From assembly GCA_965238005.1 (NCBI GenBank), contig OZ250165.1, positions 1,856,001 through 1,920,000 on the forward strand: 64,000 nucleotides of DNA. The letters are read 5' to 3'. This document shows, in pieces, positions 10,653-20,884 of this stretch. The translations under genes were made by a program, and so were the position numbers. Source of the DNA: Longimicrobiales bacterium. Lineage in GTDB: Bacteria > Gemmatimonadota > Gemmatimonadetes > Longimicrobiales > Gaopeijiaceae. Position 1 is the first letter of the stretch. Every line of letters starts with the position of its first letter. The notes below the pieces were generated by a model. The model saw only the letters and a program-made list of their open reading frames with translations. It did not search any database and was not told where the DNA came from.

Positions 10653-13244
10653 GTGGGCAAGAACAGGCAACCTGGCAAGTCCCAATCGCCACCACCCGCC
10701 GCCCGGGGTTCCGGGGTCGGAGTGGACATACCAGCGTGGCTGCCTCCCGTCCTGTACGGGGCGGTTACCCTCTTTCTCTTTCGGGCGTTCGTCTTCTCCG
10801 ACGACATGCTGTACGGATCCGACACCGCGAGTCTGGGCTACATGGCGCGGGAGTTCTACGCCAACGCCGTGAAGGGGGGCGGGGGATTCCCCCTCTGGAA
10901 TCCCATCATCCTCGGCGGAACGCCGTTCATCGAGTCGCTAGCCGGAGGAGACTCCCTCTACCCGCCTAGCGCCATTCTCCTCTTCCTGTTGGATCCCCAC
11001 CGGGCCCTGGGTTGGAAGCTGGTATGGCACGTATTCTTCGCGGGCATCTTCATGTACGGGTGGATCCGGTGCCTGGGCCTTTCGCGGGCCTCGGCGCTTC
11101 TGGCGGGGCTGGCGTACGGACTGGCCCCCTTCATGGTGTCCCTGGTCCACGGGGGACAGGACGGGAAGATCTTCGTCATGTCCCTCACGCCACTGATGTT
11201 CTGGGCCACCGAATCGTTTTTTCTTCGGTCCACCTTGACCCGGTTCGCGATTCTCGGCCTGGTCATCGCCGGCATAATCCTCACGACGCACTTTCAGACC
11301 GCCTACTTCCTCTTCGGGGGAGTGGGGGCGTACGCCCTCTTTCGAACCCTCCAGCTGTGGCGCCAGGGCAGCGCCGAGGGCAGGAACGTCGAGGGCGAGG
11401 GCGAGGACGCGGGTGTCGACCGCGACGGAGCCCACATCTCGCAGCGTGGCAGGGGCGGTGGGTGGGCCTTCGCCCGCTTCGGTGCCTTCCTCTTGGCGGC
11501 CGTGCTCGGTGCCGGCATCTCCGCAATCCAGCTTCTTCCGGCCGGCTCGTACGTGGTGGATCACTCGCGCCGGACCTCCACCACCACGCAGGCGGAGGGT
11601 CAGGAGGCCGTCGCCTACTCCAGCTCGTGGTCCCTCCACCCTGAAGAGATCGCGGGACTGGTGGTCCCGGAGTTCGTCGGGGTGTCGACGGCCGATGCCC
11701 CCTGGGGCCAGAACACCTATTGGGGACGGAACCCGTTCAAGGGGAATCACGAGTACGGAGGACTCGTGGTCCTCCTTCTGGCGGGTGTCTCCTTCTTTGG
11801 TGGCGCACGCAAGCCTCTGCGCTACTTCCTGGTCGGGCTCGGAAGCTTCGCCCTTCTCTACTGTCTGGGAAGCCATACGCCAGTGTGGCGGATCTTCTAC
11901 GAGCTCGTCCCGGGCATACGGCTGTTCCGGGCACCCTCCCTCGCCATCTTCCTCTTCGGCTTCAGCGCTGCGACGCTCATGGGCTTCGGGGTGGAGCGCA
12001 TGCTCGTGCTCTCGAGGGAGGGAAGCGAAGCCCAGTGGAGGCCGCCCGGTCGCTTCCTGTGGATCACGGCTGGAGTTCTGTTCCTCGGCCTTCTGTTGGC
12101 GGCCTCGGGCACGCTCACGAGCGCCTGGACCTCCGTCCTGTATCGGGACATTCCAACCCGATCCGTCCAGATCCTCAGCGATGCGGAGCTCTACATTCTC
12201 AGGGGCTTCATGGTGGCCGTCCTCCTCGCCACGGCGACGTCCGGCATCGCCTGGGGACTCCGAACCGCTCGACTGGCACCGGTGGGAGCCATCGTCGCTC
12301 TGGTGCTTCTGATCGCCGGAGACCTCATCCGGGTCGATACCGCCTTCATCCGGGCGACAGACTTCGAGGCCTTCCGCAGTGCGGATCCCAACATCGACAT
12401 GCTTCTGGAACGGCAGCGCACCGAGGAGCCTTTCCGGGTCTTCTCCCTACAGGGCCTCAATGGCCAGGACGTGCGACCCGGGATGTTCGGCCTCGAGCTT
12501 GCGGGAGGGCATCACCCTAACGACCTGGCCCGGTACCGGGACGTCATCGGGATGGTGGGGAGCAGCCTTCCGGTGAACCTGGTCAGCTCCGCCAACGTTC
12601 TACGCATCTTGAACGTCCGATACATCCTGTGGCCAGATCAGCTGGGCACACCCGAAGGCCAGGGACTGCCTGCGGCCATCACGGACGACCTGGAGCGCAT
12701 CAGCCAGATGACCATCGGCGGCCGTCCCTACGAATCGGTCTACCGCTTCACGGATCTCCCCCGAGCCCGGCTCGTGGGCGAAGCCGTGGTTATCGCCGAT
12801 GACCAGGCCGCGCCCTTCATCCTAAGCGAGAGCTTCGACCCGGCCATGCAGGTAGTCCTCGACGCCCCCCCGCCCATCGAGCTTTCCGGTGAACCCATCG
12901 AGGGCTCCGTCGAGTGGCTCGAGCGCGGCAACAACCGCATGCGCCTCCGGGTGACTGCCGACCGTGCAGGGCTTCTGGTGCTAGCAGACAACTGGTTCCC
13001 CGCATGGAGGGCCCGGGTGGGCGACGATGACGCCCCCGTCCTAAGGGCGAATCACACGCTGAGGGCCGTACCGGTGCCGGCCGGCCAACACGAGGTCGAG
13101 CTCTTCTACGAGTCCCGGCAGCTCACGTGGAGCCTCCGGCTCACGATCCTGAGCCTGGTGCTGGTCTCCGTACTCCCTGGGGTGGATTGGATGCGGAGCC
13201 GCCGCCGCGGGGGAGACGAGCCCTTTGCAGAAGTTCACGAATGA
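10653..13244 (+). CDS. YfhO-family multi-pass membrane protein (GT-C type glycosyltransferase)
   Basis: PLWNP..GG.P motif, many TM helices, C-terminal DNWFPAWRARV...ANHTLRAVPVPAGQH typical of YfhO. Confidence 0.82.
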   Translation: MGKNRQPGKSQSPPPAARGSGVGVDIPAWLPPVLYGAVTLFLFRAFVFSDDMLYGSDTASLGYMAREFYANAVKGGGGFPLWNPIILGGTPFIESLAGGDSLYPPSAILLFLLDPHRALGWKLVWHVFFAGIFMYGWIRCLGLSRASALLAGLAYGLAPFMVSLVHGGQDGKIFVMSLTPLMFWATESFFLRSTLTRFAILGLVIAGIILTTHFQTAYFLFGGVGAYALFRTLQLWRQGSAEGRNVEGEGEDAGVDRDGAHISQRGRGGGWAFARFGAFLLAAVLGAGISAIQLLPAGSYVVDHSRRTSTTTQAEGQEAVAYSSSWSLHPEEIAGLVVPEFVGVSTADAPWGQNTYWGRNPFKGNHEYGGLVVLLLAGVSFFGGARKPLRYFLVGLGSFALLYCLGSHTPVWRIFYELVPGIRLFRAPSLAIFLFGFSAATLMGFGVERMLVLSREGSEAQWRPPGRFLWITAGVLFLGLLLAASGTLTSAWTSVLYRDIPTRSVQILSDAELYILRGFMVAVLLATATSGIAWGLRTARLAPVGAIVALVLLIAGDLIRVDTAFIRATDFEAFRSADPNIDMLLERQRTEEPFRVFSLQGLNGQDVRPGMFGLELAGGHHPNDLARYRDVIGMVGSSLPVNLVSSANVLRILNVRYILWPDQLGTPEGQGLPAAITDDLERISQMTIGGRPYESVYRFTDLPRARLVGEAVVIADDQAAPFILSESFDPAMQVVLDAPPPIELSGEPIEGSVEWLERGNNRMRLRVTADRAGLLVLADNWFPAWRARVGDDDAPVLRANHTLRAVPVPAGQHEVELFYESRQLTWSLRLTILSLVLVSVLPGVDWMRSRRRGGDEPFAEVHE

Positions 13245-14188
13245 AGAAGGCGGGGGCGCGGCTCCTCCAGATCGGCCTCACGGTCGTCGTCACCTGGTTC
13301 ATCCTGGACCGTGTGGGTATCGACGTAGCCGCCCTCAGGAGTCTGGACCCGGGCGGGTGGAGGCCCAACCTCCTCATCCTGATCTCCTCGTGCATGGTGC
13401 TGCTCGCCGGCTACCTCGTCTCGGGGGCCATCTGGGGGCACATCGTTCGTGACCTGGGAGGCCCCACTCTGCCCGCCCTGACGTCGATGCGGCTCTTCAT
13501 GGTGGCCAACCTCGGACGATACGTGCCGGGCAAGGTCTGGCAGATCGCGGGGCTGGCTTACCTGGCGAAGGGCGAGGGCGTCTCGGGAGGTGTGGCCACG
13601 GGGGCGGCAGTCCTGGGGCAGGGGGTGGCGCTCCTGGCCGCCTCCCTCCTGGGCCTCGGCACGCTGTTCGGGCCCACCGAAGTTTGGCGTCGATTCGGGT
13701 GGATGGGCCTCGTTGGCGGTGTCACCATCGCCGTGGTCATCATCGCCCTCGTCACCGTCCCTTCTCTCTTTCGGCTCGTCGTCGGCCTCTGGTGTCGGCT
13801 GACGCGCACGGTCCCCCCGGAGAACCCGCGGGACGAGAGGAACGTGGGTCTCCGCTGGCTCGCCCTGTACGTGATCAACTGGGGCATCTACACGACCGCG
13901 TTTTGGTTATTTTACCTCAGCTTCGGCGAATGGAAGACGTTCATGCAGGTCGGCCCCGCCTTTGCTGCGGCATATGTCGCGGGGTACCTTGCCGTGGTCG
14001 CGCCCGCCGGAGCGGGCATACGTGAGGGCTTTCTGGTCGTTCTGCTACAGCCGACCATGGGCGAGGAAGCAGCACTGGTCCTTGCGCTGCTGGCGCGCGT
14101 CTGGACCACCGCCGTGGAGCTCGTGCCGGCGGCCCTCTTCGCCGCGATACACACTCGATCGTCGAGCTCCGGACAGACCGCTACGTGA
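13241..14188 (+). CDS. Lysylphosphatidylglycerol-synthase TM domain (flippase-like) protein
   Basis: NLGRYVPGKVW and PAGAGIRE motifs, hydrophobic; ATG overlaps upstream stop. Confidence 0.8.
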   Translation: MKKAGARLLQIGLTVVVTWFILDRVGIDVAALRSLDPGGWRPNLLILISSCMVLLAGYLVSGAIWGHIVRDLGGPTLPALTSMRLFMVANLGRYVPGKVWQIAGLAYLAKGEGVSGGVATGAAVLGQGVALLAASLLGLGTLFGPTEVWRRFGWMGLVGGVTIAVVIIALVTVPSLFRLVVGLWCRLTRTVPPENPRDERNVGLRWLALYVINWGIYTTAFWLFYLSFGEWKTFMQVGPAFAAAYVAGYLAVVAPAGAGIREGFLVVLLQPTMGEEAALVLALLARVWTTAVELVPAALFAAIHTRSSSSGQTAT

Positions 14189-14916
14189 CCGACCCGACCG
14201 CACGCTTCCTCGTGGTCATCCCCACGTTCAACGAGGCGGACAACCTGCCGCGGATCGTGCCTCTCGTTCTGAATCAGGACCCCAGGATCGACGTGCTGGT
14301 GGTGGACGACGACTCGCCCGACGGCACCGGGGACCTGGCGGACGATCTGGCCGACGAGCTGGATCGGGTGCACGTCCTGCACCGGTCGGGTAAACAGGGG
14401 CTGGGGCGGGCCTATCTGGAGGCCTTCCGCTGGGGCCTGGACCGCGACTATACCCTCTTCTTCGAGATGGACGCCGACTTCTCCCACGAGCCCGACGCTT
14501 TGCCCGAGTTCATCGAGAAGGCGAAAGAGTTTGACGTCGTCCTCGGCTCGCGCTACGTCGACGGGCGCGTCACGGTCATCAACTGGCCCATGAGCCGCCT
14601 GCTCATCAGCTATTTCGGCAGCCGGTACGCCCGCATCGTCACGGGCCTCCCCGTCCGTGACGCTACGGGCGGCTTCAACTGCTGGCGGCGCGAAGTCCTG
14701 GAGGCTCTGGACTTCCATCGGATCGAGTCCAACGGATACACCTTTCAGATCGAGCTCAAGCTCCGAGCGTGGCGCCGGGGATTCTCCATGATCGAGATAC
14801 CGATCATCTTCGCCGAGCGCGATTCAGGGGAATCGAAGATGTCGAAGGAGATCGTTCGAGAGGCGATCTGGAAGGTCTGGCAGCTCCGCTTCCTGGACCT
14901 CTTCGGTCGGTTGTAG
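14185..14916 (+). CDS. Polyprenol monophosphomannose synthase (DPM1-like GT2)
   Basis: IPTFNEADN, VDDDSPDGTG, GLGRAY, EMDADFSH, DATGGF, GESKMS. Confidence 0.9.
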   Translation: MTDPTARFLVVIPTFNEADNLPRIVPLVLNQDPRIDVLVVDDDSPDGTGDLADDLADELDRVHVLHRSGKQGLGRAYLEAFRWGLDRDYTLFFEMDADFSHEPDALPEFIEKAKEFDVVLGSRYVDGRVTVINWPMSRLLISYFGSRYARIVTGLPVRDATGGFNCWRREVLEALDFHRIESNGYTFQIELKLRAWRRGFSMIEIPIIFAERDSGESKMSKEIVREAIWKVWQLRFLDLFGRL

Positions 14917-15324
14917 AAGGCTGTTGAGGAAGTACAGTGGGCCGCGCGACCCACGCCTTCCGGCGTGGGGGCCCCGCGCTTGCGCGCGTTCAGGCAAAGA
15001 GCGACGACGAGTCGTAGCCGAGCTACTGCGGGGAGGAGAGACGCAGGATTAACCGCGCGGGCACCGCGGCCGAAGGTTGTGGTCGCCCTGTGCCCAACAC
15101 AATGTCGATATGAACTTACATGTTCGTGGGTTGCGGTGGCACGCCCCCGACCACGCGTCGCGCGGTGCCCCCGTTGTTGGAGCTCCTAACCGTAGCGACG
15201 GCTATGGCGTCGTCGCTCCGACCCACGCTGTCGCGCGGGTACCCCGGATCTGGGGCCGTGGCATCCCGGGTACCCGTGCGGTAGCACGGGTGGCGGCCCG
15301 CTGTACTTCCTCAACAGCCTTCTA
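14914..15324. mobile_element. MITE-like element 1 (~410 bp) with 32-bp terminal inverted repeats
   Basis: TAGAAGGCTGTTGAGGAAGTACAGTGGGCCGC (14914-14945) vs reverse complement of 15293-15324, 1 mismatch; TA at both ends; no credible ORF. Confidence 0.85.
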
Positions 15325-15945
15325 GTGCCCATCCAGCACCTACTCTACCGCTGCCCTCGGTGCGGCCACGATCCGACGACGGCAACCGACGAGGGCGCCC
15401 AGTGCGACTCCTGTGGAACCTCGTTCGAGCAGGGAAGGGCCTCGGTCGTTCTCGTGCGCTCCGCCGACGGAGAGGTGGAAGAAGCCTCGGTCCGCGCTCT
15501 CATGGATGCCATCGACGGGCTGGGCGGGGCGTCGTCCAGGGCTTTGGACCACGGGGGTCGGCTGTCCTACGAGGCCCGCGTGGCCGTGGCCCACGGAGAT
15601 CACCACCAGGTCGTGTGGTGGAAGGGAAGGGTCCTGGGCTTCTTCGAGCGGCTCACAAAGCGCCGAGAGGCGACCCTCCGGCTCGACGGCGAAGACCTGA
15701 CCGTCACCTCGACGGGATGGGAGCCTCTCGTCTGGCCACTGGAGAGCATCCTGGCCATCCAAATCAGCTCCAAGGCCATTCAGCTCAACATCCGAGGTGT
15801 CGGGCTCTACCAGATGGAGTTTCTGAACGACTCCCCGAGGCGCTGGGAAGAGTTGCTGCAGGCGGCCATGCGCCGCTTTTACGCGAAGCTCGGCGAGGAA
15901 ATAGTAGAGTTTCAACCCAGAATCGTGACGAGGCCTTCATCGTGA
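15325..15945 (+). CDS. Hypothetical protein with CxxC...CxxC zinc ribbon, linked to the acyltransferase
   Basis: LYRCPRCG...CDSCG; operonic with the plsC-like gene. Confidence 0.65.
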   Translation: MPIQHLLYRCPRCGHDPTTATDEGAQCDSCGTSFEQGRASVVLVRSADGEVEEASVRALMDAIDGLGGASSRALDHGGRLSYEARVAVAHGDHHQVVWWKGRVLGFFERLTKRREATLRLDGEDLTVTSTGWEPLVWPLESILAIQISSKAIQLNIRGVGLYQMEFLNDSPRRWEELLQAAMRRFYAKLGEEIVEFQPRIVTRPSS

Positions 15946-15976
15946 CGATCCGCCGGCGCTCGACGGAGCGGCTTCC

Positions 15977-16606
15977 GTGATCGTCTACCGCGCCGCCCGC
16001 GCGATCGCGAAGGTCTACTTCAGGGCGATCACGAAGCTCCGGTTCGAGGGGACGGACAACCTGCCCAAGGAGGGGGAGTTCCTCCTGGTGACGAATCATC
16101 AGAGCAACCTCGACCCCTTACTCCTGCACACGTACTGCCCACGCCTCCTCTTCACCATGACTAAGAGCTCGGCGTTCCGGCACCGCGTCATGCGCTGGAT
16201 CGAACCCCGGGTGGGGGCGTTCCCCACGCGTCGCTATCAGGTGGATCCCCAGGCCGTTCGCGTCGCCCTTCGCTATCTCGAGGAGGGCAAGGCCGTTGGC
16301 GTCTTTCCGGAAGGGGAGCGTTCTTGGGACGCCAAGTTGCGGAGGCTGCGCCCCGGCGCCGTGCGCCTCCTCCTCAAGGCGGGCGTTCCGGTCATTCCCT
16401 GCGGCATCGTGGGCACATACGAGGTATGGCCACGCTGGGGAAGCATGAACTGGCTCAGGATCGGCCCGGGGCGGCCTCCGATCACGATTCGGTACGGCGA
16501 GCCGCTGCACTTCGGCAAGCACGACCATCGGGCGAGTCGTGAGGCAGCTCTTCCGGAGGCGACCAGAAGGGTCGAGGAAGCCCTCCTAGCCCTCATGACA
16601 CCATGA
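15977..16606 (+). CDS. Lysophospholipid acyltransferase (PlsC family)
   Basis: NHQSNLD (HX4D) and FPEGERS motifs. Confidence 0.9.
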   Translation: MIVYRAARAIAKVYFRAITKLRFEGTDNLPKEGEFLLVTNHQSNLDPLLLHTYCPRLLFTMTKSSAFRHRVMRWIEPRVGAFPTRRYQVDPQAVRVALRYLEEGKAVGVFPEGERSWDAKLRRLRPGAVRLLLKAGVPVIPCGIVGTYEVWPRWGSMNWLRIGPGRPPITIRYGEPLHFGKHDHRASREAALPEATRRVEEALLALMTP

Positions 16607-17099
16607 GCGAAGACCGGATCGGCCGGGAGTTCTACGACCGGACCGACCATTTCGAGGAGGGAACGGAGCACCTCAGGGATCTCGAGAGTCCGTTTCAGCG
16701 CTACCGCGTGGACAAGGTCCTCCAGATCTACGAACCGGGAAGGGAAGAGCGCGTTCTGGACCTCGGATGTGGATGGGGCACCTTCTGTTGGGCTCTGGCA
16801 CACCGCCTGCGGGAGATGGTCGGCCTGGACTTCAGCCAGAGGAGAGGAGCATCAACCTCTGCGAATCCGGGCTCGCCGCCTCGGGTCTGAAGAACGTCAC
16901 GTTCGTTTGCGCCGATGCTCGCGATACGGGCCTCGAGCCCGACAGCTTCCATCTCATCATCGCCGCCGACCTGATGGAGCACCTCTATCCCGACGACAGC
17001 CGGGCCGTGATCGCAGAAGCGCACAGGCTCCTGAAGAGGGCAGCGACTCGCATCCCCATGCTCCGGAGGCGCATGGCAGTCCTGGCTCGGAAGCCCTGA
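16603..17099 (+). pseudogene. Class I SAM-dependent methyltransferase, frameshifted and probably internally deleted
   Basis: VLDLGCGWG in one frame, ADARDTG...DLMEHL...RLLK in another; AGAGG duplicated at 16838-16847. Confidence 0.8.
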
Positions 17100-17191
17100 T
17101 CGTCGCACTTTGACGCACTGGAGGTCCGGTGGTCCCGCGGCAAGGTGCCGCAACGGCTCCGGCTTCGATGCTCCCTGCACGGAGGCTCGGC

Positions 17192-18925
17192 ATGGCTAGG
17201 GGTTGGTCCATTCTATCGGCGGTGCTCGTCCTTCTCTCCGTACCTGGCGGAACCGGAGCCCAGGAGAGCTTCGACCTCCTCATTCGCGGGGGTCGGGTCA
17301 TTGACGGCACGGGCAACCCGTGGTTCTACGCCGACGTGGGGATTCGGGACGGGAGAATCGTGGCGGTGGGGCCCCTCACCAACGCGATGGCCACTCGTGT
17401 GCTCAACGCCGAAGGAAAGGTCGTGACGCCCGGCTTCATCGATCTCCACTCGCACGCGGGGGACGAGGGCAGGGGCCCCTTCGCCCGACGAAGCCTCTCC
17501 GATGACGACCCCAGGAACCGGGCCGCCCCCAACATGGTCGCTCAGGGTGCAACCACCTTGGTGGTGAATCAGGACGGACGGTCACCCTGGCCCCTGGCGC
17601 GACAAAGGGCCGACTACGAGTCCAAAGGGATCGGGCCCAACGCGATCATGCTGGTGGGCCACGGGGCCGTGCGAAGTCAGGTCATGGGGGACGACTACCG
17701 GCGAGCGGCGACGGCCGACGAGACGCGAGCCATGCGAGCCCTGGTCAGCCAGGGCATGGAAGAGGGCGCCTTCGGGATGAGTGGTGGGCACGAGTACGCA
17801 CCCATGATCTGGTCCACCACCGACGAGATCGTCGAGCTGGTAAGCGCAGTGGGTCCCTACAATGGGGTCTACATAGTCCACGAGCGGAGCTCGGGCCCCG
17901 AGCCCATGTGGTGGTGGCCCAGCCAGGATGAGCCCGGAGCTCCGTCCATGCTGGACTCGGTCATCGAGACCATCGAGGTAGCGGAGCGAACGGGTGTCGC
18001 CTCGGTCCAGACCCACATCAAGGTCCGGGGGGCCCACTATTGGGGCTCTAGCGGAGCCCTCATCCAGCTCATCGGCCGAGCCCGAGAGCGCGGGGTCAAC
18101 ATCTGGGCGGACGCCTATTCGTACAACACCACCGGGAGCGACGGACAGACCGTGCTGATCCCGCCGTGGGTCCGGCAGATCGCAGAGCGGCGGGAGGCGG
18201 AGACTCCCGACTACTCCGCCACCCTGAGACGGCTCCTGGAGCAGCCGGACACGGCCGCGATGATTCGTGTGGACGTGGCCCACGAGATCCGACGCAGGGG
18301 GGATGCAGAGAACCTGCTCATTCTCGAGCATCCGCAGCCCGGCATGGTCGGACGCACGATCCGGGAGCTGGCCACCGAGCGGGGAGTAGACCCGGTACAG
18401 ATGGGGATTCTCCTTCAGCTCGAGGGCGATCCCGCGCGACCCGGCGGGGCGCTGCTCCGGGGATTCTCCCTCTCAGAGGGCGATCTCGAGGCCTTCTACC
18501 GCCAGTCATGGGTGGCCACGGCCAGCGACGCGGGCATCACCATGCCGGGCGACGGCCCCACCCATCCCCGGTACTACGGCACGTTTCCCAGGAAAATCCG
18601 TAGGTTCGCGCTCGAGAAGGGGACCGTGAGCGTAGAGGGTGCCATTCGCTCCATGACGTCGCTTCCGGCGCAGATCCTTGGACTTCGGGACCGAGGGCTG
18701 ATCCGTGAAGGGCAGTGGGCGGACGTGGTGATCCTGGATTTGGAGAACATCCGTGACATGGCCACACCACTCGAGCCGCACCAGTACGCCGAAGGGATCG
18801 ATCACGTTCTGGTCAACGGCAATTTCGTCATCGAGAACGGCACCCACACCTGGAATCTGCCGGGGGTGGTCATCACGCCCGAAAGCCGGGGCCAACGCCC
18901 GGTGATGCAGGGTATGGGCGGGTGA
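17192..18925 (+). CDS. N-acyl-D-amino-acid deacylase (amidohydrolase), secreted
   Basis: Signal peptide, IDGTGNPW, PGFIDLHSH, HPRYYGTFPR, MTSLPA; RBS GGAGG at 17181. Confidence 0.88.
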   Translation: MARGWSILSAVLVLLSVPGGTGAQESFDLLIRGGRVIDGTGNPWFYADVGIRDGRIVAVGPLTNAMATRVLNAEGKVVTPGFIDLHSHAGDEGRGPFARRSLSDDDPRNRAAPNMVAQGATTLVVNQDGRSPWPLARQRADYESKGIGPNAIMLVGHGAVRSQVMGDDYRRAATADETRAMRALVSQGMEEGAFGMSGGHEYAPMIWSTTDEIVELVSAVGPYNGVYIVHERSSGPEPMWWWPSQDEPGAPSMLDSVIETIEVAERTGVASVQTHIKVRGAHYWGSSGALIQLIGRARERGVNIWADAYSYNTTGSDGQTVLIPPWVRQIAERREAETPDYSATLRRLLEQPDTAAMIRVDVAHEIRRRGDAENLLILEHPQPGMVGRTIRELATERGVDPVQMGILLQLEGDPARPGGALLRGFSLSEGDLEAFYRQSWVATASDAGITMPGDGPTHPRYYGTFPRKIRRFALEKGTVSVEGAIRSMTSLPAQILGLRDRGLIREGQWADVVILDLENIRDMATPLEPHQYAEGIDHVLVNGNFVIENGTHTWNLPGVVITPESRGQRPVMQGMGG

Positions 18926-18958
18926 CGCCCGAAACGGAACCCACCAATGGAGGCCACC

Positions 18959-20137
18959 ATGAGGCATAGAGAATTGGGCCGAGACTCCGTTTCGGTGCGG
19001 CTGATGACGAAGGGCCCGGTGATGTGGAGCTGTTTGGTGGCCCTGATGGTCGGGCTTGTTGCCACACCTACTTTCGCCCGAGCGCAGGGTCCAGCGGCGC
19101 CCGCCGTCGGGATCGCCTCCACCTCCGACGAATACCGCTGGGCCATCGAAGACGCCCGGGCCATCGTGCGGGAGGTCATGGCCGAGTCCGGCATTCCCGG
19201 AGTCTCCGTGGCGGTGGGATTCCACGGTAGGGTAGTGTGGTCGGAAGGCTTCGGCCTTGCCGACCTGGAGCATTCCGTCCCCGTCACGACCCTGACCAAG
19301 TTTCGGGTCGGGAGCGTGTCCAAGCCCATCACGGCGGCGGCTCTGGGCCTCCTCATGCAAGCGGGGAATCTCGATCTGGATGCTCTGGTCCAGAACTACG
19401 TCCCCGACTTCCCGGAGAAGCGCTGGCCCATCACCGTGCGCCAAGTCGCCGGACATATCGCCGGAATTCGCCACTACCGGGGGAACGAGAACCTGAGGGC
19501 TCGTCGCTATTCGAGTGTCAGCGAGGGGCTGGACATCTTCGAGGACGATCCGCTGCTTTTCGAGCCGGGCACCCAGTACTCCTACTCGAGCTACGGATGG
19601 AACCTCCTTAGTGCGGTGGTGGAGGGCGCTTCTGGACGGGATTTCTTGAGCTTGATGCGGGATAGCGTCTTCGAGCCTCTCGAGATGCGTCACTCCCTGG
19701 CCGGGTACACCGACAGCATCGTCAGCGATCGCACGAGCTTCTATGAGCGAAATGGGGAGGGGACGGTCCTGAACGCCCCGTACGTCGACAACAGCTACAA
19801 GTGGGCCGGGGGAGGCTTCCTCTCCACGCCGGAGGATCTGGTCCGCTTCGGTTCAGCCCATATCGAGCCTGGCTTCCTCCAGGCGGAAACCCTTGAGGTG
19901 TTGTTTAGGTCACAACGGGTAAGCAGAGGAGAAACAACCAGTTATGGGATTGGATGGCGGACGCGAACCGACGAACAGGGGCAGCACATCGTGTCCCACG
20001 GCGGAGGGTCGGTGGGTGGCACCACCATGCTGATCGTCAACCGAGACAGCGGCCTCGTCGTGGCGGCCGTGGGAAACCTCTCCGGCGGTCCCATCAGTGA
20101 AATGGCACGAAGGATCGCCGTTGTCTTCAGTCGCTGA
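18959..20137 (+). CDS. Serine hydrolase, beta-lactamase/D-peptidase family
   Basis: GSVSK (SxxK), FEPGTQYSYSSYG, HGG motifs; start uncertain. Confidence 0.88.
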   Translation: MRHRELGRDSVSVRLMTKGPVMWSCLVALMVGLVATPTFARAQGPAAPAVGIASTSDEYRWAIEDARAIVREVMAESGIPGVSVAVGFHGRVVWSEGFGLADLEHSVPVTTLTKFRVGSVSKPITAAALGLLMQAGNLDLDALVQNYVPDFPEKRWPITVRQVAGHIAGIRHYRGNENLRARRYSSVSEGLDIFEDDPLLFEPGTQYSYSSYGWNLLSAVVEGASGRDFLSLMRDSVFEPLEMRHSLAGYTDSIVSDRTSFYERNGEGTVLNAPYVDNSYKWAGGGFLSTPEDLVRFGSAHIEPGFLQAETLEVLFRSQRVSRGETTSYGIGWRTRTDEQGQHIVSHGGGSVGGTTMLIVNRDSGLVVAAVGNLSGGPISEMARRIAVVFSR

Positions 20138-20198
20138 GGCGCCGTTGAAACGACCAATCTCCGGTGAGAGAGCTATGGGCTCTGGAGGTGGCCAAGGC

Positions 20199-20759
20199 AT
20201 GCCGAGGCGCGCGCGGTCTGGAGCCGCTCGGGTGGGGGCGTCGGCCGTCGTCGCCTCGCTCCTTCAGGCGTGTACACTGGTCGGGACCGCTCCCGCGGTT
20301 CCCAGCCCGGACGACGGCGTGAGCGTTCCTGTCTCCGGCGTGCCGGATGCAGTGCCCAGGGCCGAAGTGAAGACCCGGAGTGGCAATCCCGAGTCCTATG
20401 AGGTGGACGGGAAGGAGTACCACGTCCTCGACACCAGCAGGGGCTACAGACAGAGGGGTATCGCGTCGTGGTACGGACAGGCCTTCCACGGCCGGAGGAC
20501 CTCTTCGGGCGAGTCCTACGACATGTACCAGATGACGGCAGCCCACAAGACACTGCCACTGCCCACATACGTACGGGTCACCAACCTGGAGAACGGTCGC
20601 ACCGTCGTCCTGCGCGTGAACGACAGGGGGCCCTTCGTGGAGGGGCGGATCATCGACGTCTCGTACGTGGCCGCGCAGAGGCTCGGCATGGTCGGGAGCG
20701 GAACGGCTCAGGTCGAGGTGGCCGCGCTCGATCCACCCGCTCGGGATCCAGGTCTCTGA
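20199..20759 (+). CDS. rlpA: Septal ring lytic transglycosylase RlpA-family lipoprotein (no SPOR domain)
   Basis: Lipobox LQAC, GIASWYG, TAAHKTLPL, VNDRGPF, IIDVS. Confidence 0.9.
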   Translation: MPRRARSGAARVGASAVVASLLQACTLVGTAPAVPSPDDGVSVPVSGVPDAVPRAEVKTRSGNPESYEVDGKEYHVLDTSRGYRQRGIASWYGQAFHGRRTSSGESYDMYQMTAAHKTLPLPTYVRVTNLENGRTVVLRVNDRGPFVEGRIIDVSYVAAQRLGMVGSGTAQVEVAALDPPARDPGL

Positions 20760-20884
20760 GAGAGCCCGGGGAAGGGTTCGGATCCGAGCATCTCGTAGGG
20801 CATCTCAGAAACGGGATCATGGGACTGAAGTCCTAACTTGTCCCGATGGGATGGCGTGGAGGGGATCGTTGGATTGAAGTAGTA

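Noticed and set aside
14914..15324. Integron attC sites or riboswitch as explanation for the hairpin elements
   Set aside because: No RYYYAAC/GTTRRRY-bounded structure or integrase seen; TIRs with TA/CTAG flanks fit transposition better. An Rfam search is still needed
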